Source of the DNA: an uncultured delta proteobacterium
Lineage (GTDB): Bacteria; Myxococcota; Myxococcia; SLRQ01
NCBI GenBank assembly: GCA_963727485.1
Contig: CAVSGM010000002.1
Coordinates: forward strand, 1,120,001-1,184,000
Length of the DNA: 64,000 bases
Direction of reading: 5' to 3'
Made by a program: the position numbers and the translations under genes. Below, piece by piece: positions 42,519 to 51,490 of this stretch (position 1 is the stretch's first letter; each line of letters opens with the position of its first letter). The notes beneath the pieces are model-generated. The model worked only from the letters and a program-made list of their open reading frames with translations, searched no databases and was not told the origin of the DNA.

Positions 42519-43842
42519 CTAGGGACCGGCGGTCGATCCCCAGGGGTGAAGGCGTCGGTCCACGGCGGAGCCGAACGCCTGAAGGAAGCCGACCTGGGCC
42601 GGGGACTGCACCCAACGCGGCTGGATGAGACGGATGGCCTCGAGGACCTCGAGGGGCTCGCCGCCGGCGAGGATCTCCTGGGCGGCGAGCATGGTGCCGG
42701 TGCGGCCGAGGCCGGCGCGGCAGTGGTAGGCGACGACCTCTCCGGCGACGAGGCGCGCGGCCACGGACTCGCAGAAGGCCAGGGCCGCGTCGAGGTCCGG
42801 GGCGGCCATGTCGTCGATGGGGAAGAACAGCCCCTGCATCCCCCGGTCGGTGAGGGCCGTGATCGGCACCGTGGCCGTCTCCTCGAGGGTGACCAAGGTG
42901 GTGATCCCCACCTCCCGGAGGGCGTCGAGGTCGTGGTCCAGCTCGCCGACGACCCCGGGGCGCGGGGTCCCCGCGAGGACCCCCCGGCGCACCCAGTGGA
43001 AGCCCCGGGGGCCCCGGCGCCGGGCCATGGACACCACCGCCTCCGGGGGGATGGGCGTGGGGTCGGGGACCTCGGGGGCCAGGTGGGCCCTGGGGGTCCC
43101 GGGCGCCGGCAGGGCGCAGGAGCCGGTGCGCACGAAGGTCTTCGCCGCCTCGGTGCGCGGGCTGCCGAAGAAGGCCTCCGAGTCCGCGGTCTCGACGATC
43201 CGGCCCCCGGCGAGGAGGGCCACCCGGCCGCCCAGGGCCTTGGCGGTCTGCTGGTTGTGGCTGACCACCAGCACCGGACGGCGGGTCGCCTCGTCCCGGA
43301 GGAGGGCCGCCAGGGCGTCGCGGCTGGGCTCGTCGAGGCCCGAGCAGGGCTCGTCCACGCAGAGGAGGCCCGCGCCCGCCAGGGCGGTGCGCAGGATCGC
43401 CACCTGGCGCTGGAGCAGCATGGGCAGGCCCACGACCTCCTCGTCGAGGCGGGGCAGGAGCCGGACCAGACCCCGGGACGAGAGGATGCGGCTGACGCGC
43501 TGGCGCTGGGCGGCGGGGGTGAGGGCGGCCCGGTCGGCCATCCCCAGCACCAGGTTCTCGGCGACGGTGGCCATGACCAGCTCGGCCTTCTGGGCCACCA
43601 GGTCCGGCCGGGGACCGGTGCCCAGGGGCCGGCCGCGGTACTCGGCCTGGCCCCAGGTGCGCATCGCCGGCTGGGCGTCGTTGGCGCCGGCGAGGGTGCG
43701 CACCAGGGTCGACTTGCCGACCCCGCCCGGGCCCATGAGCACGGTGATCCCCGGGCCCCGGATACTCGAGATCCACCTCCGCGAGGATCACCCGGTCGCC
43801 GAAGGCCACCCCGAAGCCGGTGAGGGTGAGCACCGGGCTCAT
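42519..43842 (-). CDS. ABC-type ATPase fused to a protein-tyrosine/dual-specificity phosphatase (frameshift near 43764)
   Basis: Walker A GPGGVGKS, Walker B LCVDEP and H-loop VSHN; C-terminal PIDDMAAP and HCRAGLGRTG (CX5R). The N-terminus MSPVLTLTGFGVAFGDRVIL joins after removal of one T. Confidence 0.85.
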
Positions 43843-44711
43843 GCGGGCCCTCCCTGGCCCTCGAGGAGGGTCTCTGCCTGGGCGCCGGCGTGGCGGGTGA
43901 GGCAGGCGGTGTCGCCGGCGACGCGGCACAGCCAGGTCCCGCCGTCGTGGGCGAGGACCATGGTCCGCGGCTCGATGCCCTGGACCACCAGGCTCGGGGG
44001 CCGCGCCAGGGGCCCGACGCTCCGGGCGATGCGGGCGATCTCCGAGAGCTCCATCCCCTCGAACCCCTGGAAGCGCAGGGGCAGCGGGGTCGCCTGGGCG
44101 TCCCGGTCCACCCAGACCAGCATCGCCACCTCGGCGAGGTCCCGGACCCGCTCGTAGTGAGCGACCGCCGGGCCCGCCGGGGCGGGCAGGGCGTGGGTGA
44201 CGACGCGCCGGTAGAGGGCCTCCGGAGAGAAGGCGAGGCCCACCCCCCGGGCCTTCTCCAAGGGCTTGAAGGGCATCACCAGGCGGCGCCCCAGGGTACG
44301 GCCGGCGAGCTCCAGGAGCTGGCGGCAGAGCACCTGCTCCAGGGCGGCGCGCACCACCTCCAGGTGGCGGCCGCCGGCGTCGGCGAGGACCGCCTCCAGG
44401 GGGCGGCCCCCGGTACGGGCGGCGTAGACCGCCGTCCGGAGGACGTCGAGGGTCGGCGGGCTCCACCGGCGCAGGAGGTCGTGGACCGCCCCGTCGTCGC
44501 CGGCGCCCCGGACCAGGTGGAGGCGCCCGTCCTGGACCACCATCGAGGCCAGGGGGGTGCCGCTCTCGGCGTCACAGACCTGGAGCTCCCCGCTCTCGGT
44601 GGCCCGACCGGCGACGGCGAGGAGGGCGAGCACCCGGCCGACCCGCCGGCGGGCGGCGGGGACGCCTTCCACCTCGGCATCGTCAATCTCATGGGGTTCG
44701 CGGGGATCCAT
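43839..44711 (-). CDS. Hypothetical protein (N-terminus resembles DUF4388/PatA-N-like domain)
   Basis: ATESGELQV...VVQDGRLHLV pattern; stop overlaps the start of the ABC-phosphatase gene. Confidence 0.6.
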   Translation of the reverse strand: MDPREPHEIDDAEVEGVPAARRRVGRVLALLAVAGRATESGELQVCDAESGTPLASMVVQDGRLHLVRGAGDDGAVHDLLRRWSPPTLDVLRTAVYAARTGGRPLEAVLADAGGRHLEVVRAALEQVLCRQLLELAGRTLGRRLVMPFKPLEKARGVGLAFSPEALYRRVVTHALPAPAGPAVAHYERVRDLAEVAMLVWVDRDAQATPLPLRFQGFEGMELSEIARIARSVGPLARPPSLVVQGIEPRTMVLAHDGGTWLCRVAGDTACLTRHAGAQAETLLEGQGGPA

Positions 44712-44874
44712 CCGTCAAGGGTCGAGCCTAGGGGGGTGTGACGGACCGGTGACAGGTCACTTGGCGCCCGGATCCTGCTCGGATCCTGATCAGTCGCTGC
44801 CCGCGGGGGTGGACAGGCCCCGGGCAGCACCCGGCCTTTCGGGCGTCCGCCCCGGCTCCCTACCCTGGTCGTCG

Positions 44875-44964
44875 ATGCGCACCCCCCTGATGGAGACCGT
44901 CGCCCTGCTGCTCCTCACCGTCGCCGGCGTGGCCGTGGCCGCCTCGGTCCTCCTGGTCCCATGA
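44875..44964 (+). CDS. Possible small single-TM membrane peptide
   Basis: MRTPLMETVALLLLTVAGVAVAASVLLVP; its stop overlaps the globin start (ATGA). Confidence 0.4.
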   Translation: MRTPLMETVALLLLTVAGVAVAASVLLVP

Positions 44965-45542
44965 GCCGCCGGGTGAGACGCCGGGACGGGCCCCTGCGCG
45001 CGAGGCCGGAGGTGTGGCGGTCGCTGGACGACGGGGCGCGTCTGCGCGCGGGCCTCGAGCACTTCTACGCCCGGGTCTTCGAGGATCCGGCGCTGGCGCC
45101 CTTCTTCACCGAGACCGGGGTGACCCGCCGCCACGTGGTGGACAAGCAGTTCAACTTCCTCCGGGACCTGCTCACCGGCGACGGGAGCTACTTCGGCAAC
45201 CGCCCCCGCAACGCCCACCACTGGATGATCATCTCCGAGGCCCTCTTCGACCACCGGGAGGCCCTCCTCCAGGACTCCCTGGCCGCCTGTGGGGTGCCGC
45301 CCCTGGCCCGGGACGCCATCCGGGAGATCGACGAGGTCTTCCGCAAGCAGATCGTCAAGGATCGGCCCATCCCCCGGCGCATGGGCGGGATCACCTTCCC
45401 CCTCGACGGCGTGGAGGAGATGGAGATGCCGCTGGGGACGGTCTGCGACGCCTGCGGAGATGCGGTCGAGGCCGGGGACCGGGTCCGCTACCACGTCCGC
45501 ACCGGGCGCACCTGGTGCCTCGGCTGCGCCCCCGCCCCCTAG
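44961..45542 (+). CDS. Group I truncated hemoglobin with C-terminal Cys4 zinc ribbon
   Basis: FYARVFEDPALAPFF, KQFNFL, YFGNRPRNAHH and ISEALFD globin motifs; then CDAC...WCLGC. Confidence 0.82.
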   Translation: MSRRVRRRDGPLRARPEVWRSLDDGARLRAGLEHFYARVFEDPALAPFFTETGVTRRHVVDKQFNFLRDLLTGDGSYFGNRPRNAHHWMIISEALFDHREALLQDSLAACGVPPLARDAIREIDEVFRKQIVKDRPIPRRMGGITFPLDGVEEMEMPLGTVCDACGDAVEAGDRVRYHVRTGRTWCLGCAPAP

Positions 45543-45550
45543 GAGGCTCC

Positions 45551-45787
45551 ATGGCCCGCATCGGCCCCATCCGCATCGAGCTCGACCCCGGCCGCTACCA
45601 CTGGTGCGCCTGCGGCACCTGCCCCGACGCGCCCCTCTCGGACGGCGCCTGCGCCGGCGACCGGCCCGCCGTCCCCTTCGAGCTCACCGAGCCCACGCGA
45701 ATCCGACTCTGCCGCTGCCGCCACACCTCGAACCCTCCCTACTGCGATGGCAGCCACTACCAGGTGGCGGAGGATGAAGCGGGATAG
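45551..45787 (+). CDS. CDGSH iron-sulfur protein
   Basis: AGGAGG RBS; WCACG...SDGAC and LCRCRHTSNPPYCDGSH. Confidence 0.85.
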   Translation: MARIGPIRIELDPGRYHWCACGTCPDAPLSDGACAGDRPAVPFELTEPTRIRLCRCRHTSNPPYCDGSHYQVAEDEAG

Positions 45788-46157
45788 CTCGGAGCAGCTC
45801 GTCGACTGCGAAGCGGGGCGGCGGATGGGGTGCGCCACCTTCTGCTGCCGGCTCATCGTCCGCTATGACCCCGGGGAGGTGGTGCGTTCCCCGGAGGGGG
45901 TGCGCAAGCACTGCGTGGACAAGGACCCGGACACGGGCCTCTGCGTGAACCTCGACGCAGCGACCGGGCGCTGCCGCATCTGGGAGCGGCGGCCTTCGGT
46001 GTGCCGGGCCTACGACTGCAACGCCGACCCCAGCCTCCAGGTGGTGCTCCGGGAGGGGTTCCGGTCGCTCGTGGCGCTGGCGTTGTCGCCGACGGTGGTG
46101 CCCCGGGATCGGTGGATCCCGGTGCCCACCCTGGACGGCGACGACGACCCTTGCTAG
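45774..46157 (+). CDS. YkgJ-family cysteine-cluster protein
   Basis: C...CATFCC, CVNLD...CRIWERRPSVCRAYDC motif. Confidence 0.85.
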   Translation: MKRDSSEQLVDCEAGRRMGCATFCCRLIVRYDPGEVVRSPEGVRKHCVDKDPDTGLCVNLDAATGRCRIWERRPSVCRAYDCNADPSLQVVLREGFRSLVALALSPTVVPRDRWIPVPTLDGDDDPC

Positions 46158-48107
46158 GCGGCCTCGGTCTTCTTGGCGCCGGAACCGGCGGCCTTGCTCG
46201 CCGCGGGGGCCTTGGCCGGGGCCTCCACCGGCTCGCTGGTGTTCTTCTCGGCGAGCTCGGCGAGGATCCGGTCGCCGGTGTGGACGATCTGGTCCCAGTT
46301 GTAGCGGATCCGCGGCTCGCACCGCTCCATCCACCGCGCGGCGAGGGCCCGGCGCTCGGGGTGCTTCTTCGCCTGCTCGACCAGGATCTCGGCGGCCTTC
46401 ACGTCGAAGAGGATCTTGGTGAGCTTCTCGGCGTGGAGCAGCCCGTAGGAGAAGTCGCGCTTGGGGTCCCAGTCCTTGAGGAAGGTGTCCACGAACTTGG
46501 GCAGGGGCCCGGCCATGGCCACCGACCACTTGTCCTTGGCGATCTTGAGGAGCAGGTGCTGCATCGCCGACCAGGCCAGGGTCTCGAGGCCGAAGTACTT
46601 GCGCTCGAGCTCGTCGCCAGCCCGCAGGGCGCCGACCTTGGCGGCGGCGAGCTTGCGCAGGAAGCGCTGGGGCTTCTTGATGGCGCCGGTGAGGTTGTCC
46701 TTGAGGACCATCAGCGACTGGATCTGGCTGGTGCCCTCGTAGACCGGCATCACCAGGGCGTCCCGGAGCAGCTTCTCCGCCGGGTAGTCCTGCATGTAGC
46801 CGTTGCCGCCGAGGATCTGCATCGCCATCCGGCTCATGGCCACCGCCTGCTCGGCGCCCTGGTACTTGAGCAGGGGGGTGAGCTCCCGGGCCCGGCGGCG
46901 GTGGCGGCTGACCTGCTTGCGGATCTCGGTGGCGCCGCCGGCCTGGCTGGGGATGCGCTGGAGGTACTCGAGGCGGGTGGCCATCTCCTCGTGGAACGCC
47001 GCCTCGACGGCGACCGCGCGCATGGCCTTGATGGTGACGTCCATCTCGTCGAGGTAGTCGTAGATCATCTCGTGGCGGGCGATGGGCTTGCCCATGGACC
47101 AGCGCTCCTCGGCGTAGTCCTTGGCCACCCGGTAGGCGGCCTCGCAGGTGCCGATGGCCTCGAAGCCCACGCCGATGCGGGCGTTGTTCATCAGGAGGAG
47201 CATCAGGTGGAAGCCGTCGCCCTCCTTGCCCACCAGCTCGCCCACCGAGTCCTCGAACTGGAGCGAGCAGGTCGGTGAACCGTGGTGCCCGATCTTCTCC
47301 TCGACCCGGTCGACGTAGAAGTTCTGGACCGTCTCGCCGTCCTTCTCCAGGGTCATGGGGACCATGAACAGGCTGATGGCGGAGAGGTCCTCCTTGTCCT
47401 CGGTCTTGGCCAGCACGAAGTGGTACTTCCCGTGGCCCGAGGTGATGAAGATCTTGTTGCCGGTGATGCGCCAGGTGCCGTCGTCGGCCTTGACCGCCTT
47501 GGTGCGCAGGGCCGCCAGGTCGGAGCCCGCCCCCGGCTCGGTGAGATCCATGGAGCCCCAGGTCTTGCCCTCGAGGATCTCGGCGATCTCCTTCTCCCAG
47601 CGGGTCGAGGTGATCTGCCCGTTCTCGTCGAAGACCGTGGAGCCCTCGCGCAGGGAGTACTGGAGCATGGTGGTGGCGATGCCCACGTGGAAGCCGAAGT
47701 GGGTCATCACCGAGGCGTCGGCGCGGCTGACCACCTCGCACAGCAGGAAGTAGAGGAGCATCGGGGCGTTCATCCCGCCGAGCTCCCGGGGCAGGGTCAG
47801 TCCCGTGGACGCCCATCTCGGTGAGCTGCTGGAAGATGGCGTCGAAGGCCGGCGCCGTCTTCACCACCCCGTCCTTCAGGGTGGTGCCCGTGTGGTCGAT
47901 CTCCGCGGACTTGGGGGCCACCTCCTCGGCGACGAAGCCCCCGAGGAGCTCGAGGATGTCCTTGTAGGTCTCCAGGGCCTCCTGCCAGGTCTTCGGCGCG
48001 TCGACGGCGGTGTAGTGCCGCTCCACGGTGTCGACGAGGGTGGACCAGTCGACGACGTGGTCCACGTAGAACTGGAGGTCTTCGTTGTCGCGGAAGAAGT
48101 TGGCCAT
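46154..48107 (-). CDS. Acyl-CoA dehydrogenase (frameshift near 47800)
   Basis: MANFFRDNEDL N-terminus, MDLTEPGAGSD, GNKIFITSG, QILGGNGY and VYEGTSQIQ; the two frames join after removal of one base (VHG/LTLPRELGG). Confidence 0.9.
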
Positions 48108-48288
48108 GGCGGAGCTCCTGGGACGTATTCGGGTTCCCGGCCTTGTAGCGGGCCGAGGTGCGTGCCTGATCTATAGGCCGATGACACGTCGCGTCAACGA
48201 AGAAGTGACTGAGCCGTCATTCGGTGACGGCGCGGACGGCCAGACCCAGGGAAAGCCCCCATGGCGCCCCCGCCCGTCGCCCGCCGGC

Positions 48289-49362
48289 CTAGAACGGATC
48301 GCCGTGGGGATAGAGGTGCGCCACCTGCTCGGCGTACCCGTTGTAGAGCTGGGTCTTCACCGAGCGCCCCTCGCCCAGGAGCCGCTCGGTCGCCTGGGAC
48401 CACCTTTGGTGGGTGCTCTTGGGATCCACGTTCGAGTAGAAGCCGTACTCGCTGGGGACGGTGTGGTGCCAGAAGGTGTCCGGCTGCGCGTCGATGAGCT
48501 CGATCTCCTGGATGAGCTTGGGGCTCTTGTACCCGTACTTCCAGGGCACGGCGAGGCGCACCGGCGCCCCGTTCTGCTTGGGCACGGGCTTCCCGTAGAG
48601 GCCGGTGACCACCAGGGTCAGCGGGTGCATCGCCTCGTCCAGCCGCAGGCCCTCGTAGTAGGGCCAGGGGTACCAGGGCTGCGTGGAGACCCCGGGCATC
48701 TGCCCCGGCCGCACGATGCTCTTGAACCGGACGAACTTCGCCTTGGAGAGCGGCTTCACCTTCGCCAGCAGCTTGTGCAGGGGGAAGCCGGTCCAGGGGA
48801 CGGTCATCGCCCAGGCCTCCACGCAGCGGTGGCGGTAGATGCGCTCCTCCTGGTCGAAGCCCTTGATGAGGTCGTCGAGGTCGAAGGTCTTCGGCCTCTC
48901 GCAGAGCCCGTGGACCCGGATGGTCCAGGGGATGGGCAGGTAGGTGTCGACCAGGGTGTGCACCACCTCCTTGGCGGTGGTGAACTCGTAGAAGTTGTTG
49001 TAGCCCTCGGCCCGCTTCCGGGCGGTGAGCGGGCGCTCCTTCACCTTGTAGTGGGCGTTGCGCTTCGCCGGCCACACGTGGGGGTACCTCCCCTGCATCA
49101 GGCGCTGGTAGACCGGGCTCGGCCCGGCGCCCCGGGCCACCGCCGCGGCCACCGTGTTCTCCGGCTTGGTGGCCCCCTGCATCGCCGCCTTCGCCGCCGG
49201 CTCCCCGGCGCGCGCCGCGGCCTCCCACAGCGCCGCCGGAGCCGCCGCCGCCCCTGCGGCGACCAGCGCCGCCTTCAGGAACCGGCGGCGCTCGAGGTAG
49301 ACGTCCTCGGGGGTCGGGGCGCGACTGGCGCGGTCCCAGGGCTTCGGGCGCTTGACGTACAT
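48289..49362 (-). CDS. msrP: Protein-methionine-sulfoxide reductase catalytic subunit (Mo, Tat-exported)
   Basis: TPEDVYLERRRFL, YNNFYEF, RHRCVEAW, YYEGLRLDEAMHPL and VPWKYGYKS. Confidence 0.95.
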   Translation of the reverse strand: MYVKRPKPWDRASRAPTPEDVYLERRRFLKAALVAAGAAAAPAALWEAAARAGEPAAKAAMQGATKPENTVAAAVARGAGPSPVYQRLMQGRYPHVWPAKRNAHYKVKERPLTARKRAEGYNNFYEFTTAKEVVHTLVDTYLPIPWTIRVHGLCERPKTFDLDDLIKGFDQEERIYRHRCVEAWAMTVPWTGFPLHKLLAKVKPLSKAKFVRFKSIVRPGQMPGVSTQPWYPWPYYEGLRLDEAMHPLTLVVTGLYGKPVPKQNGAPVRLAVPWKYGYKSPKLIQEIELIDAQPDTFWHHTVPSEYGFYSNVDPKSTHQRWSQATERLLGEGRSVKTQLYNGYAEQVAHLYPHGDPF

Positions 49363-49454
49363 GGTGCCTCCTCCGTCGGGGACCGGCGGGACCCCTGAAG
49401 GCCTTCGCCGGCTCCGGCGCGGTGGTTTCGCGCCGGAGGGACACCATGGGCCGG

Positions 49455-49973
49455 CTAGGGCGAGACCACCAGCGGCCGCTGGCCGATCTCGGTGACCACC
49501 AGGGTGTAGGTCCCGGCGTCGAGGCCGGGGATCGTGGCGGTGACCGGCAGCGAGCGGACGATCATCCCGCACATGGTCCCCGGCGGGACGGTCTTGTGGG
49601 TCCAGGCGACGGTGACGGTCTGGCCCTTCGTCGTGACCTTCACCGAGGCGACGCCCTCGCAGGTGTTGCGAAACAGGACCGGGCCGGCGGCGACCTGGAT
49701 GGGCTGGTGGGCCTTGGGGTGGGCCGGGTAGAGGGTGATCCGGTTGACCGTGTCGCCCTCGCCCTTGGGGATGGCGGCGCGGTCGGGGTCGGTGATGGGG
49801 GGCTTGGGCGCGGCGGCCGGCTTCGGGGCGGCGGCGGGCTTCGGCGCCGGCGCCGGCGTGGGAGGGGCGGCCGGGGCGGTCGCGGCGTCGGTCCCGCCGG
49901 CGGCGGGGTGCTGGCACCCGGCGAGGGCGACGAGGGCGGCGGCGAGGACGAGGGCGGCGGGGACGGATTGCAT
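49455..49973 (-). CDS. Hypothetical lipoprotein
   Basis: Lipobox LAGC, Pro/Ala linker and a small beta-rich domain with two Cys. Confidence 0.7.
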   Translation of the reverse strand: MQSVPAALVLAAALVALAGCQHPAAGGTDAATAPAAPPTPAPAPKPAAAPKPAAAPKPPITDPDRAAIPKGEGDTVNRITLYPAHPKAHQPIQVAAGPVLFRNTCEGVASVKVTTKGQTVTVAWTHKTVPPGTMCGMIVRSLPVTATIPGLDAGTYTLVVTEIGQRPLVVSP

Positions 49974-50131
49974 GGGCCGAATACCGCCACCTCCGGCGCC
50001 CGGTGGCAACCCTCGCGGCGGCCCGCGGGTCCGGCCCGCGGCGGCGCGAGACCCGGAGGCGCCGGCCCACAGATCCTTCCGGCGCCTCGTGCGTCACAGG
50101 CAGGCGAACCCGCCGCTCGAAGGAGCCCGCC

Positions 50132-51416
50132 ATGATCAAGACCGCCGCCCTCCTCGCCACCGCCGCCACCCTCTCCATCGCCGCCCTGGTGATGGGGGCC
50201 GCCACCCCGCCGAAGGCCGCCATCGCCCACAGCGACGCTCCGGCGGCGCGCCTGCCCGGGAACAGGTCGGACACGGCCATCACCTTCCCGATCCCCCCGG
50301 TGCCCCCCCCTGACACCCCGGACAAGGCGATGAAGCCGCCCATCCACGTCCACCACGCGCGCCGCCCGCGCATCGACATGGTCTTCGCCCTGGACACCAC
50401 CGGCTCCATGGGCGGGCTCCTCGAGGGCGCCAAGCAGAAGATTCTGGCACATCGTGAACAGCGTGGCCCAGGGCCAGCCGGCGCCCATCGTCCGGGTGGG
50501 CCTGGTCGCCTACCGCGACCACGGCGACGCCTACGTCACCCGGGTCACGCCGCTGTCCCGGGACATGGACTCGGTCTACGCCAGCCTCCACGCCCTCAAC
50601 GCCGCCGGCGGCGGGGACACCCCCGAGGACGTGGACCAGGCCCTCTACGACGCCGTCCACAAGATGAAGTGGGCCGGCCCCCAGTCGAACACCCTGCGCG
50701 TGCTCTTCCTGGTCGGCGACGCCCCGCCCCACACCAACTACCAGGACGTCCCCAGCTACCAGGCCACCCTCCGCGCCGCCGCGAGCCGGGGCATCGTGGT
50801 CAACGCCATCCGCTGCGGCAGCTACACCGCCACCGGCACGGTGTGGAACCGCATCGCCCGCCTGGGCCACGGCAGGTACCTGTCCATCGACCAGAACGGC
50901 GGCATGGTCGCCACCGCCACCCCCTACGACGGTCGCCTCGCCGCCCTCTCCGGCGCCCTCGACGACACCTACGTGCCCACCGGCAGCGCCGCCCGCCGCG
51001 CCGACGCCCACCGCGCCCTCCACACCTTCGCCGGGATGGCCGCCGAGGGCGGGGGCGGGGTCGCCGCCGACCGCGCCGCCTACCGCGCCCGGGCCCCCGA
51101 GGCCGCGCCGCCCCCGGTGGCCAAGGCCGACGTGGTCACCGCCTTCGCCAAGGACAAGAAGGGCGCCGAGGAGACCCTGGGCCACGCCGACCTCCTCCCG
51201 GCGAAGATGCGGAAGATGTCGCTCGCCGAGCGCAAGGCCTACGTGGCGCAGCAGGCCGAGAAGCGCGAGGCCGTCCGCAAGAAGATCGTCGAGATCTCCA
51301 AGGAGCGCAGCAACTGGCTCGCCCACCACGCCCCCAAGACCCAGGGCAGCTTCGACGCCGAGGTGGTGAAGGTGGTCCGCCAGCAGGCCGCCAAGAAGGC
51401 CCACGTCAAGTACTGA
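50132..51416 (+). CDS. Secreted von Willebrand factor A domain protein (frameshift near 50443)
   Basis: Signal peptide, MIDAS-like LDTTGSM, GLVAYRD, GGGDTPE and LVGDAPPH; the frames join as KIWHIVN after removal of one T. Confidence 0.88.
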
Positions 51417-51438
51417 CCGGCTCGCCAGGCCGGGGGGC

Positions 51439-51479
51439 CCGAGGGGGCCGTGGGGATGCCACGGCCCCCTCGGTGTTCT
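51439..51479 (+). terminator. Strong hairpin, probable terminator or RNA-processing stem
   Basis: CCGAGGGGGCCGTGG-GGATG-CCACGGCCCCCTCGG (15-bp perfect stem) followed by TGTTCT. Confidence 0.65.
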
Positions 51480-51490
51480 ACAAGGGAGAC

